Notes: generated by a model from the letters alone, not told the origin. Counted from the stretch's first letter, positions 9,905 to 20,651 are shown. The stretch: 64,000 nt of DNA from an uncultured Chryseobacterium sp. (GCA_963518055.1 CAUQIC010000023.1:35-64034); one strand, 5' to 3'. A program made the numbers and translations.

Positions 9905-10657
9905 TTAGCTTCCCATAAACATGATGGAAAAAGTCCTGTTATCAACTGTATAGTTAGCACCACATCCAAAACATGGTACTCCCCCAAAACTAATCTGAGC
10001 CCCTTGTGCCAAATACAAGGTAATTACGCCTCCGGAATTCGTAGGAAAATTAGCTCCTACATCTGCTCTTGTATTAAATGTATAACGACTTGTATCATAT
10101 TGCACTACCCATGCAAAGGAATTTGGACTACTACTGGCAGTAACAATACCTTGCAAAGAAAACTGATAATATCCGGAGGTAGGAATTGTATATACATTGT
10201 TTGCTGCGTTCCAGTTACCATCATTAGTATTCACATTAAAAGTCCATTTATTATAACCGGAGCCATCTGCCATAATCTGAGGAGCCATGCTTGTCCCTGC
10301 GGCAACCACTTCCGGAACAAAAGTATCACCTGTTGAGCTTTGCGTGAATTTAACCCAAACGGTTCCATTATAATAATAAAAGCCAACACTGTCTATATTC
10401 TGAGCATTTCCCGTTTGGCTACCGGTTGAAATATCATTCACATAGATTAGGGTAGAGGTAACAATTCCTACCATATTCTGCGCCCTTTGTCGATCTACCC
10501 TTGGAATAATTACTCCGTCTATAGCTGTAGAGCTCCCTGTCGGGTTCTTTGCTATTATATCTAACGTAGCAGAGGGTGCCGTGGTATTAACTCCTACTTG
10601 TGAGAACAAGGCACCAGAACTTAGCATTAATAATGCAATTATAAATTTTCCTTTCAT
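9905..10657 (-). CDS. Secreted fibre-like protein with C1q/TNF-like C-terminal head
   Basis: Signal peptide; QVGVNTTAPSATLDI...DGVIIPR; C-terminal YTIPTSGYYQFS...LYLAQGAQI...TFS resembles C1q. Confidence 0.7.
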   Translation of the reverse strand: MKGKFIIALLMLSSGALFSQVGVNTTAPSATLDIIAKNPTGSSTAIDGVIIPRVDRQRAQNMVGIVTSTLIYVNDISTGSQTGNAQNIDSVGFYYYNGTVWVKFTQSSTGDTFVPEVVAAGTSMAPQIMADGSGYNKWTFNVNTNDGNWNAANNVYTIPTSGYYQFSLQGIVTASSSPNSFAWVVQYDTSRYTFNTRADVGANFPTNSGGVITLYLAQGAQISFGGVPCFGCGANYTVDNRTFSIMFMGS

Positions 10658-10947
10658 TTTATATTTGTTTTTTAGATACCGCTAAAGTAGATATTAAGTT
10701 GTTTGCCAGAACCGTAAACAGCCTTAAAAGAGTTCATCTGATAAATAGAATTTGTTCTACGTATATCGTAAAAAAAATATAGTATCTGAAACTAGAAATT
10801 AATACTATTAAAAAATTGATTGAAGTTATTCATGATATATTTACTCAACACAATATAAGATTACAGATATATACAGGATACTTGCAGAGCAAAAGGAGAG
10901 TTTAAAATAAGATGTATCATACAAATGAAAAGGGCCTTATTCAAAAC

Positions 10948-10977
10948 AAAAAAAACCTACTCATTACAGTAGGTTTT
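10948..10977 (-). terminator. Intrinsic terminator after the VOC gene
   Basis: AAAACCTACT/AGTAGGTTTT stem with T-tract. Confidence 0.65.
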
Positions 10978-11002
10978 ATGGTCATGATGATATACTTCTC
11001 TT

Positions 11003-11380
11003 TTAATCGTGTGATGGAGCTTGCTGTAGATTAAACACTGTCCCTGCCGGATCTGTAATCCAGTGCATATTTTCCGGAAGCTCTTCAATTTCATCACAGG
11101 TCTGCACTCCGTTTGATAGCAGATATTGTGTTGCTTCTTCAACGTTAGGAACGGTAAGCTGCAGCCACGTTTCAGAATGGGTATAATTATCTACGCAGTC
11201 TAGCCATATAATGTTATGGCCAAATTTCACTTCGTGTGTTCTTGAAACAGTAGGATTATTAATTGGCTTCTCTTCCACAACCAATTTCAAGATATCTTTA
11301 TAAAAAGCAACCGTTTTTTCGTATTTATTTTTTGGAATTTTTATAGCAATATTAATTCCTGCATTAAAATTTGTATTCAT
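11003..11380 (-). CDS. VOC/glyoxalase family protein
   Basis: TVAFYKDIL...WITDPAGTVFNL. Confidence 0.8.
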   Translation of the reverse strand: MNTNFNAGINIAIKIPKNKYEKTVAFYKDILKLVVEEKPINNPTVSRTHEVKFGHNIIWLDCVDNYTHSETWLQLTVPNVEEATQYLLSNGVQTCDEIEELPENMHWITDPAGTVFNLQQAPSHD

Positions 11381-11614
11381 ATAATATGGTTTTCAATAGT
11401 TCTATACAAAGTAATTAAATTGAGGAATAAGAATACTTGCCTTATGATAAGATTAGAGAGACTTTCCAATATAAATTTTCCAGAATAATTGCTCATCATG
11501 TCATAATAATTCCAGTCGATTTTAATTAAGATGGAGACGAAAATAATCTACATTAACATGAAAATGGGATAAATTAGCCTACAAAAGGTATTGTAGCAAA
11601 TAAATTCAAAATGA

Positions 11615-11648
11615 AAAAAGGTACAAATCAATTGATTTGTACCTTTTT
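11615..11648 (-). terminator. 34-bp perfect palindrome directly after tRNA-Ser copy 1
   Basis: AAAAAGGTACAAATCAATTGATTTGTACCTTTTT. Confidence 0.75.
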
Positions 11649-11649
11649 G

Positions 11650-11734
11650 CGGAGAGTGAGGGATTCGAACCCCCGGACCTGTTACAGTCAACAGTTTTCA
11701 AGACTGCCGCAATCGACCACTCTGCCAACTCTCC
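11650..11734 (-). tRNA. tRNA-Ser(TGA), copy 1
   Basis: Reverse complement GGAGAGTTGGCAGAGTGG...CT-TGA-AA...long variable arm...GGTTCGAATCC...CTCTCCG; CCA not encoded. Confidence 0.97.
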
Positions 11735-11769
11735 CCTAAACTTCGGCTATACCGTTGTTTTCAGTGGTG

Positions 11770-11777
11770 CAAATATA
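11770..11777 (-). promoter_or_regulatory. tRNA promoter -7 element (TATATTTG)
   Basis: TAnnTTTG match, conserved upstream of both tRNA copies. Confidence 0.7.
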
Positions 11778-11842
11778 GAAAAATTTATATTAATTTCACA
11801 AATAAAAAACGAGCTAAAATCTATCTATCAGGTTATCAGTAG

Positions 11843-13312
11843 TTATTTATTTTTATGAATAAGTTGAACTTGAGTTTTCAAAGTGTCTCTTGTTAAAATA
11901 ACAGAATCTGCCTTTCCATTATTAAAATCAAATTCTAATATATTGGGATAATCTACAATTTTAAACGTTCCGTTTTTCAGGTACTGTAGCTCATTAGCAT
12001 TATTCCCTTTAAAATATTCCATAAATGGAGATTCAACATACAAACGGTTATTTTTTTCTACAATTTTAGTTTCTGCCCCCTGCCCGTACAAAAAGTCGTT
12101 ATATGTTCCGACAAGTTGCTTTCTTAGACTCAAAGGGATTTCCTGAATGCTTTCATTGGATATTTTCTTATTCCAATTCATTAATGCCAGAATCTTTATG
12201 CGGGTCTGGTTTATTACCGGAATACGATTAGGTTTTTCACCGTTCGCAAGAATTACAAAACCATTCCCATCTTCCATAGTAGCAAGAATACTTCCTCCTA
12301 CTCCTGTATTGGAGCCATTGCACATAAACCAATCATAGTTGTTATAAGCAACAGACTTTTGCCATCCGTAGCCCCAACCTCCAACAGCATTTTTCAAGGC
12401 CGATACTTCAGTTACTTTTTTGGCAACCTGATGAGAAATTACCTTATTATTTCTATTGCGTAAAGCATTTTGTATCTCGATAGAAAGCTTCGCTAAATCT
12501 GTTGGGGTAGACCATACTCCGGATGCTCCGATTTGTGGTGTAATAGGCAGGCCTGTTTTTATGACTTTTCCATCTTTGTCGTGAACACTGGCAACATTCG
12601 TCAGAAATCCTTTTTCGTCAGGCTGTATCATCGTCGTATTCTTCAATCCAAGAGGGGCGAAAAGATGTTCTTGTGCCAGTTCTGCAATAGATTTATTCAA
12701 AGCATCTTCTAATGCCATTTGGATAATGACATATCCCCCACCACTATATTCAAAATCCGTTCCCGGTGTAAATAAAAATTCAATTTCCTTATTATATCTT
12801 GGGATCTGTCCTAGAAGGCTTTGTTTAATGGTTGGAATTGTATCTCCCTCATAGTAGTCGGAAAATCCACCTTGATTTGTACCGGAAGTATGATTAAAAA
12901 AGGGCTTCCAGGTTGGACTATTATTTTCAGTAAACTTACTTTTTGGCAAATGCCAACGTTTTAAATACTTATCAATGGGTTCATTCAGATTAATTAAGCC
13001 CTTCTCTTCCAGTATATGGCAAAGGAGTGCAGTAATTGGTTTTGTAATGGATGCAGTAGAAAAAGCAGTATTTTCATCAATCTTTTCCTTAGAGTTCATA
13101 GATTTTACTCCCACCTGATCTGAGTATACAATTTTATAGTTTTCAAAAACAACAAAACTAAATCCCGGAAGTTTATATTTTTCTAATTGCTCATTGAGAT
13201 GTAAACTATCTCTAAGAAATTTATAATCTCCTTTTGAGGTTAAAACATGATTTCTCGTATGACAACTCAACATGATGAATGTAACAATCAGTAAATAAAG
13301 GGTATTTTTCAT
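11843..13312 (-). CDS. Serine hydrolase (beta-lactamase class C-like), probable lipoprotein
   Basis: Lipobox-like MLSC; SITK, HTSG, YSGGG motifs. Confidence 0.88.
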   Translation of the reverse strand: MKNTLYLLIVTFIMLSCHTRNHVLTSKGDYKFLRDSLHLNEQLEKYKLPGFSFVVFENYKIVYSDQVGVKSMNSKEKIDENTAFSTASITKPITALLCHILEEKGLINLNEPIDKYLKRWHLPKSKFTENNSPTWKPFFNHTSGTNQGGFSDYYEGDTIPTIKQSLLGQIPRYNKEIEFLFTPGTDFEYSGGGYVIIQMALEDALNKSIAELAQEHLFAPLGLKNTTMIQPDEKGFLTNVASVHDKDGKVIKTGLPITPQIGASGVWSTPTDLAKLSIEIQNALRNRNNKVISHQVAKKVTEVSALKNAVGGWGYGWQKSVAYNNYDWFMCNGSNTGVGGSILATMEDGNGFVILANGEKPNRIPVINQTRIKILALMNWNKKISNESIQEIPLSLRKQLVGTYNDFLYGQGAETKIVEKNNRLYVESPFMEYFKGNNANELQYLKNGTFKIVDYPNILEFDFNNGKADSVILTRDTLKTQVQLIHKNK

Positions 13313-13448
13313 GATATTATTTTCTAGATTAAAATTTTTATTACAAGTCGGCTCTGTATAATATTTTATGGCAGGGCAATGATATTCAAAAGAGACTTTC
13401 TTATCCCTCTTCTATCATTTAGCTAAATTCTTGTTATCTCTATTTTAT

Positions 13449-14507
13449 TTATTTCAGGATTGTATCATAAATTTTATTCAACAGATCTTGTCTCATTTTT
13501 GAGTTTCTTTGATCAAGAAGGATGATAATACCCCACTTTTTATTCCTGTTATAACATATGATAGATGATTGCCCCATAGAGTCTCCTGATTTCATGTAAA
13601 TTGTATTTTTATCATCCGTTACAATATTAAGCCCTAGTCCCATTTCTCTTTTTTCATCTTTATACACTATTTTTTCTGTAATGATAGCAGCTTTCCCCAC
13701 TTTAGTTTCTTTGTTCAGGACAGCTTTTAAAAAGGTAACCATATCAGCAGCATTAGACTTAACTAGTCCGGCAGGTGCTGTAATACTCCATTTGAAGAAT
13801 TCCTGAATACCTCCCTCAGGATTGTGGGCAGTTGTCCTGTTTTCTACATTAAAATCCTTAGTTAATGTATTATTCATGTATAAGGGTTGTATGATTTTAG
13901 CTCTAATCATCTCATCATAGCTCTTACCGTATATTCTTTCTACTATCTGCCCCAATAAAGTATATCCAATGGTAGAATAGCGATATTTACCGTAATCTTT
14001 CAGTTCAGTACAATTATTGATAATAGAGGCCAATGTTTCTAGGGTCACCTTATTTACAGGTTGTTGTGGATCCATTTCTATTAATTTTGCAAAATCTATA
14101 TCGGGTAAACCGGATTGATGCGATGCCAAATCGGAAATTTTAATCTTATTTTTAAGATTTTCATGCAGGATATATTCTTTTGGTAGGAAGCCGTCAATAT
14201 AATCATCCAATTTTATCTTATGATCAAGCACTGCCTGCGCAATTAAATTTGACGTTAAGATCTTAGTGATGGATGCAATTTCAAACAGGGAGTTTTTATT
14301 AATTTTAATCTGACTCTCTGCATTCAAATTACCATAGGCTGTATAATACTCTTCATTGTTATTAATAAAGCCAACACTAATTCCTACGTTGGGATTTTTT
14401 TTATAATTATCATTAATTATGGAATCAATTTTTTTAGAGAAGTCTTGTCCAAAAGAAAAGCTACTTACGAATAAAAGCGCTGCTAAAAATTTTAATGAAG
14501 TTTTCAT
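13449..14507 (-). CDS. Serine hydrolase (beta-lactamase class C-like), secreted
   Basis: FEIASITK, LASHQSGL, YST, KSG motifs. Confidence 0.88.
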   Translation of the reverse strand: MKTSLKFLAALLFVSSFSFGQDFSKKIDSIINDNYKKNPNVGISVGFINNNEEYYTAYGNLNAESQIKINKNSLFEIASITKILTSNLIAQAVLDHKIKLDDYIDGFLPKEYILHENLKNKIKISDLASHQSGLPDIDFAKLIEMDPQQPVNKVTLETLASIINNCTELKDYGKYRYSTIGYTLLGQIVERIYGKSYDEMIRAKIIQPLYMNNTLTKDFNVENRTTAHNPEGGIQEFFKWSITAPAGLVKSNAADMVTFLKAVLNKETKVGKAAIITEKIVYKDEKREMGLGLNIVTDDKNTIYMKSGDSMGQSSIICYNRNKKWGIIILLDQRNSKMRQDLLNKIYDTILK

Positions 14508-14646
14508 TGTATCGTTTTTTTATGTTAAACAAATATTTCGATACAAAGATGTGAGAGAAACAAAAACTATGCGACCGAATACAAGTATTCAGTCACATTT
14601 GTGTAAAAAAATAAGTATGAATCTTTACAAAAAAGAGTACGAATAA

Positions 14647-15801
14647 TTACAAACTACTGATTTGTAAACTTTTACGATAATGCGTAGGTGTATTTCCCGT
14701 GTGCTTTTTAAAAGCAGTATTAAAAGAAGATTTTGAATTGAAACCAACTTCATACAGAATTTCCAAAATTGTCACTTTACTTTTTGTAACATCTTTTAAA
14801 ATATTCATGGCATTCTCTATCCGATAAGCATTTACAAAATCATAAAAATGTTGCCCTAATTGATGATTAATTAAAACCGACAATTCCCGGGTAGGAATTT
14901 CTATTTCTTTGGAAATATCCTGAATCGTCAGCGATGGATTGAGAAAAGGTTTTTCCTCAATCATATAATTCTTTAACTTTATTAATTCTAAACTTACTTT
15001 CTCATCATTGTCAGGGAGCGGCTCTTTCTTTTTTTCTTCTAAAATAATATCGGAAACAAGTTTCAATTTTGAATCGACATTTCTAAATAAACCGGGGTTA
15101 CTTAATGCCTTAAATAAATACCAGCAAGTGATAAACAGCACAAGTACCATGATCCCAATTTTTATCCATTCAGAAATATAAGGGTAATCGGAAAATTTGA
15201 AAATATTTTTCAAAAAGACAATCAAGTACAAAAACGTCAGTACGCTTGTAAACTGAAACAGCCAATTGTAGGAATTGATACTGGCACCTGCATAATTTTC
15301 AAGATATAATTTTTTTGTTTTTCTTAATATCCTAAAAACAGCAATAAGATATACAACAGTTTGAATATGAAAAAGAATATGCGTAAACTGTATCTCCACC
15401 ATATTCTGTCGATTCAGAATAAAATTAATTTTAGAAGCAGTATCAACCCCATAAAAACGGGGAAGTAGAGTTAAATTGACAACTAAAAAGGGTAACAAAT
15501 GTAGAATGTAATTAAATCTAAGTTTAAAATCAGAATAACAGACAGACAATACATACAGATAAAAAACAGGAATTTGTAAGAAAGCAAATGTATTCCTTAA
15601 CATCCCCAGATTGGAAGGGCCATCAACAGCCAGGTTAAATAATGGCTCACTAGTATCTATTGCTGTGATAATGAGAAAAGCAGCAAACAGCCCATTACTT
15701 ATTTTATATTTTGTTTTAACAGTGAGCAAAAAAAAGGCAAGAAATAATGAAATAAACATAGAGATAACAGTCACAACAATTAACAAATTAATCTTATCCA
15801 T
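14647..15801 (-). CDS. Membrane-anchored AraC-family regulator
   Basis: Multiple TM helices, then FYDFVNAYRI...VGFNSKSSFNTAFKKHTG. Confidence 0.9.
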   Translation of the reverse strand: MDKINLLIVVTVISMFISLFLAFFLLTVKTKYKISNGLFAAFLIITAIDTSEPLFNLAVDGPSNLGMLRNTFAFLQIPVFYLYVLSVCYSDFKLRFNYILHLLPFLVVNLTLLPRFYGVDTASKINFILNRQNMVEIQFTHILFHIQTVVYLIAVFRILRKTKKLYLENYAGASINSYNWLFQFTSVLTFLYLIVFLKNIFKFSDYPYISEWIKIGIMVLVLFITCWYLFKALSNPGLFRNVDSKLKLVSDIILEEKKKEPLPDNDEKVSLELIKLKNYMIEEKPFLNPSLTIQDISKEIEIPTRELSVLINHQLGQHFYDFVNAYRIENAMNILKDVTKSKVTILEILYEVGFNSKSSFNTAFKKHTGNTPTHYRKSLQISSL

Positions 15802-16201
15802 TCTTAATTCTTTTAATTTTCAGGTTCTTTTAGTTTTTTTGCCAGTTTTTCAGGAGTTTTTATAGTGTTTTGATATTTATAACTACCCCCTACAAATATA
15901 AAAATTTGATTGGATTTGTCTTGGTTTTTCTTGCAAAAGAACAAAGTCTTACATTATAGCTATGAATGAGCATTTTACAGATTATTTCTCATTATAAAAA
16001 CAACTGAAAAAGTTTTTCCCCTTCCACCTAAACACTTAATGAAGTACAAAAAATTATTTCCGGACTCTTCTCTTACCCATACTTATAAGACAATAATTAT
16101 CTCCTAAAATAGCTTATAAAAATAATGCATTCAGCCTCCCAAATGCATTATTTTACACCCAAATATCCTTTACTTTTTCTTGAATAAGAGACATTTACAG
16201 C

Positions 16202-17257
16202 TTACTGATTCTTTTTAAAAAGTCCGGCTTTTATATTTGAACCCATCGATCCTTCTGCTAATTGCAGATAATTACGTTTACTCTGATCTTTTTCAATTTT
16301 TACAGTTCCTGTAGTTTGTACATTCTTCATTTCCAGAAAGTCTGTTGAAGTTAAATTGTTGCCGCTTAGCGGGCCACTTCCATACCCTGCCAGATGGGAA
16401 TAGTCTGTAAAAATGCAATCGGAAGCTTTATATCGGCGCGTACTTCCTTTTTCTCTGATCCATACTGTACTTGTATTTGCTATGATGTTATGATGAAAGT
16501 CAAAATCATCTCCATTGGTGCTTTGTGTAGTCCAAACACCACTGAAGTAGCTCCCATACACCAACGAATAGCGCATCGCATTACGACTTCCGGCTCCTCC
16601 ATCAGTTTGCCAAAAAACAACCGGGTTTTTGCAATTGAAGAAGACACAGTGATCGATAACCAGGCCATAACCATTGGCAATAACTCCCACATGCAACGGC
16701 AATACATTGACATCTCCTGCAAATAGACATTGTGTCACGAGAAGATCATCTAAGTTTTTTCCATTTCGCCATATGGGGTAAGAACGGCGTAAATTATTAC
16801 CATCTATATAAGAGTAATCCGGACTCCCTGTAAATCGCAGACCTTCAATAGTTACATGGCTCACTTCAGGCTGTATTCCTTTCGCTTCTTCCCCCCCTAC
16901 TCCTGTAGTGAGCGGCACTGCGGTTACGACAACCGGCATTTTTTGAGGAGTCCAGCCTGCGTCGTCCGGCATAACATCTGCACGAATGACAAGACGGTCT
17001 TTAAGGGTATACTTGTCATTGGTGAATACAACAGTCTGGGTTAATAAATGCACCCCTTCTGAAAGAAAAATTGTCGTTGCTCCCCGCTCTTTGTTTACAT
17101 TTACACGTTTTGCAGCCTCCATAAGTGTTTTTAACGGATGAGCCTTTATTCCTGAATTGGCATCGTTCCCGGTATGAGGATTCACGTATAACTGTTCTGC
17201 CTGTATCAACAGTAGATTCATAGTGAACAATAGAAAACCTAATATGTATTTTTTCAT
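16202..17257 (-). CDS. Secreted hypothetical protein, probable right-handed beta-helix
   Basis: Signal peptide from MKKYILG; LYVNPHTGNDANSG..HPLKTL motif; TIEGLRF, IDHCVF. Confidence 0.65.
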   Translation of the reverse strand: MKKYILGFLLFTMNLLLIQAEQLYVNPHTGNDANSGIKAHPLKTLMEAAKRVNVNKERGATTIFLSEGVHLLTQTVVFTNDKYTLKDRLVIRADVMPDDAGWTPQKMPVVVTAVPLTTGVGGEEAKGIQPEVSHVTIEGLRFTGSPDYSYIDGNNLRRSYPIWRNGKNLDDLLVTQCLFAGDVNVLPLHVGVIANGYGLVIDHCVFFNCKNPVVFWQTDGGAGSRNAMRYSLVYGSYFSGVWTTQSTNGDDFDFHHNIIANTSTVWIREKGSTRRYKASDCIFTDYSHLAGYGSGPLSGNNLTSTDFLEMKNVQTTGTVKIEKDQSKRNYLQLAEGSMGSNIKAGLFKKNQ

Positions 17258-17328
17258 ATTCCTTTTTTTTGTAAAATTAGGAACATTCATATCTTATAAA
17301 AAGGTCATTTTGTTTTTAAAATGGTCAT

Positions 17329-18195
17329 TTACATCTTCTTTCGGTATTGTTGGGGTGTACTGCCTGTAAGCTTTTTAAAGAACCTGTTAAAGTTAGACGG
17401 ATCTGAAAAGCCAAACTCATAGGAAATCTCTTTTGCGGATTTGTTTTGATAAAGCTGTTTCTTGATCTCTGAAATCAATTTATAATGAATCATTTGCTGA
17501 GCAGACAATCCACTAAACTGTCTGCAGATTTTATTAAGGAATCCCGAACTTACATTCAGCATTTTTGTATAAGCTTCAACACTGTGGTTATTCAAAAATT
17601 TCTTTTCCAGTAAAGATCGAAATCGATAAAAATCTGAATGGATGTAGGTATCTCTTTGAACATTGTACATATCTGCATAATATCGATTGAGAATTACCAG
17701 TAATTGATATAAAAGTGACCTGATCAAATGACTGCTGTCATTCTGAAGCTGTCTGAACTCTTTTTCTATTTCACATAAAAGTCCCTGACACTTTACAAAT
17801 GGTATCTCGGATAGCTGCATTCCGGTGGGACAAGAATATTGATGAAAATATTGAAACCGATATAGAAACAGCTCATCCGAAAAAAAAAGATGGAGAAAAT
17901 CTTTTTCGAAGAACAGTGTATAGCCCTTTACCTCTTCCTCAATTTCCCAACATCTCACCTGCCCCGGGCTTGTGAAAATAATAGCTCCCGGAGATATCAC
18001 TATCTTATTTTCATCCAAAGTAAAGAAACCTGTTCCTTTTTCTATAAACAGAATTTCATAAAAACTAAGTTGATGTAATGTACTATCTAACACAAAATGA
18101 TTCAACGTTTCAATACGTCCAATATCCAATAACAGCTCCAAACCATACTTATATGGAAGAAAATGATAGGTTTTAATATTTGTGACTGATGCCAT
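17329..18195 (-). CDS. AraC-family regulator
   Basis: Cupin-like N-terminus; EISYEFGFSDPSNFNRFFKK. Confidence 0.9.
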   Translation of the reverse strand: MASVTNIKTYHFLPYKYGLELLLDIGRIETLNHFVLDSTLHQLSFYEILFIEKGTGFFTLDENKIVISPGAIIFTSPGQVRCWEIEEEVKGYTLFFEKDFLHLFFSDELFLYRFQYFHQYSCPTGMQLSEIPFVKCQGLLCEIEKEFRQLQNDSSHLIRSLLYQLLVILNRYYADMYNVQRDTYIHSDFYRFRSLLEKKFLNNHSVEAYTKMLNVSSGFLNKICRQFSGLSAQQMIHYKLISEIKKQLYQNKSAKEISYEFGFSDPSNFNRFFKKLTGSTPQQYRKKM

Positions 18196-18466
18196 TCTTC
18201 TTACAATTACTTTTTACTCTATAAGTGAGTTAAAAATACAAATTTTCGCCATTTATAGTATTGACTTAACAAGTTTCACGCTATAATTATTGAAAATAGG
18301 CATATAGAGCCTACAATTGATCTTCAATTCAATAGCAAGCAAATAAAAAAATGCGAAGTCCTATCCGGCTCCGCATGATTATAAAATGTATTCTTTATGA
18401 GACCATATTTATATAATCGGTTTCTATTATGGCATATTACAATATGTTACCGAATATCTTTTAAGA

Positions 18467-19180
18467 TTATTTGTCTTCCATAAAAGACATATCTCCATTT
18501 CGATTATACACAAAAAGTTTAGCAATTTTATCTGCCACGTCTTTTCCGTTAACTCGTTCTATGAGATACAGGGAACTATCTAATCCGGAAGTAATTCCGG
18601 CCGCGGTAATGATTTTGCCATCTTCAACAAATCTTACTTTATCAACTATATTAATTTTAGGATTTTGTTTTAATTCGTCTAGCGCAAGGTAGTGTGTTGT
18701 AGCTTTTTTACCATCTAAAACTCCCGCATTTGATAATATCAGAGCTCCTGTACAAACCGACATAGTTAATTTTGTATTTTTATTTTGTTTCTTAATCCAT
18801 TCAAGAAGCTCTGAATTCTTTGTTACATTAACAAGAGTCTCAGGTCCAGCCCCCGGAATAATTAAAATATCGGCCTGGGGAGCATTTTTAAAAGAATAGG
18901 TTGGTTTCATTTTTATGACATTTCCCTCCGAAGGAATTAAGTCTTCGGTAGAGCCGGCTACAGTATATAAATTATAGCCAGGATCCATTGCCTGGGCTTT
19001 CGCAAAGACGTCTACCGGACCGTTTAAATCCATCGCCTCTACATTATCATACATTAGAAATGCAACATTGATTTTTTTATTTACTTTTTTCATTTCCTGT
19101 AAAGCTGAAATTTGAGCTTTGCTAGCTACTGTAGAGCTTAATATGAAAGCGGTAATAACAAATGTCTTTAATAATTTCAT
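18467..19180 (-). CDS. DJ-1/PfpI family protein with signal peptide
   Basis: DLNGPVDVF, IPGAG, SVCTGA, ATTH, TAAGITSG. Confidence 0.88.
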   Translation of the reverse strand: MKLLKTFVITAFILSSTVASKAQISALQEMKKVNKKINVAFLMYDNVEAMDLNGPVDVFAKAQAMDPGYNLYTVAGSTEDLIPSEGNVIKMKPTYSFKNAPQADILIIPGAGPETLVNVTKNSELLEWIKKQNKNTKLTMSVCTGALILSNAGVLDGKKATTHYLALDELKQNPKINIVDKVRFVEDGKIITAAGITSGLDSSLYLIERVNGKDVADKIAKLFVYNRNGDMSFMEDK

Positions 19181-19211
19181 TTTTGAATTTGTTTTTATTG
19201 ATAGTAAAATT

Positions 19212-19704
19212 TTAAATTTTTAACCTTAAGCTATTAGATTCGAGAATGCTTAAACGTATCCTGGTAATAAGATGGAGAGACATTAAAGTGGCGAAAAATA
19301 TTTTACCCATAGCATTGGCATTGCTAAAACCTGCCTCTGCCAGAAAAAATACTCCTATACAAATAGAGCCAATTCTTCTAATCTGAGAGGCATGCCATTT
19401 ATCCATTCGGTTAATTTCGGATAATGATTCCATTGTTTATGACTAGGAAAACCTACTATTAAATTAATAAGGTAACAATCTTTGATTGTATATCATATAA
19501 TATATTGACTGTATGTATTACAATATCGCTTTTTATCTTAACTTCCAGATCTATAGTAGCAGAACCAATAACAACCTTATAACTTAAATTTATATTTTCG
19601 GAATAAAAAGAATCATTCGCTAAAGTAAAAACATCCGCGGGGCCAACAACGTCTAAAGTCAATGCATCAGGCATCTCTACTATAACAATCAAACGCTCTT
19701 TCAT
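19212..19704 (-). pseudogene. Broken GlxA-type (DJ-1 + AraC) regulator
   Basis: LDVVGPADVF (19459..19704) and RRIGSICIGVFFLAEAG (19212..19433) lie in separate ORFs; AraC HTH absent. Confidence 0.7.
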
Positions 19705-20027
19705 CGATTTACCATTTTACAAGGCAAAGATAAAAATCGATCAAATCACTCACAATGACAACATTAGGTCTATTTCTGCCAAATTTAATGAGATGACAGT
19801 AGCTCTTTGCACTTTAAAAAATTAAATAGTTCAGGATATTCAATGACAGATTTAAGGCATGAGTCGGATGTATTCTTATTTATCGGCTATGATCTTGTAA
19901 AACTGATGAAAGATATATCAAGGTATTAGAATTAAATCGATTCTCTTTATTAATTACTTAACTCTATCATATATCCCTCAAAAAAAGAATTATCTTCACA
20001 CAACACAAAAAAAGAATGTAAATAGAC

Positions 20028-20432
20028 ATGATTCTTAGAATTTTAAAATTTATTGGAATAATTTCTTTCTTTTTCACAGAAGGATTTGGAGAACATGCTA
20101 CGTTAAATATAGGACTTATACTTATATCGATTTACCAATTTATTTTTGACCTTTTTAGTTCCGAATATGGAATCTTATGGGAAGGATTAGCTGCCTTACC
20201 TGTAGTTGGGGTCGTATTTATATTTCTATCAATTGAAGAATATAAATATAGATATCTTATGGTATTTTGTTTTATTGTACTCATTATAGCTTCTTCTTTA
20301 TTAACAGGACTTCTAAATTTTTCCAGTTATGATCATAATAGAGTTCCAGTAGGTTTTATAATTCCTTCATTAATTTTTATAATAAGTTCACTATTATCAA
20401 TAACATTAATGTTTAGAAATAAAAATAATTAA
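20028..20432 (+). CDS. Hypothetical membrane protein
   Basis: 134-aa ORF with about 4 hydrophobic segments. Confidence 0.6.
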   Translation: MILRILKFIGIISFFFTEGFGEHATLNIGLILISIYQFIFDLFSSEYGILWEGLAALPVVGVVFIFLSIEEYKYRYLMVFCFIVLIIASSLLTGLLNFSSYDHNRVPVGFIIPSLIFIISSLLSITLMFRNKNN

Positions 20433-20625
20433 CAAATATTATCTGACTCAATTTCAATGATGAAAATCCCTTTTTATCTTAATCGGATCAATACTCTTTT
20501 CCCAAAACAGACATAAAATTGATCATTAACTAATTCAACTAATTATTTTAAATATCTCTGAGAATCATCCGGGATTTTTTTGTTTTACTGAACATATAAA
20601 AAAGAAAACTTGCCCATAAAAGAAA

Positions 20626-20651
20626 AAGGGATGATTAAAAAATCATCCCTT
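20626..20651 (-). terminator. Terminator after tRNA-Ser copy 2
   Basis: AAGGGATGATT-AAAA-AATCATCCCTT. Confidence 0.75.

Noticed and set aside
11637..11858. ORF containing AESEGFEPPDLLQSTVFKTAAIDHSANSP (also 20610..20825 and 20653..20844)
   Set aside because: Antisense translations of the tRNA-Ser genes; the apparent paralogy comes from the tRNA duplication.
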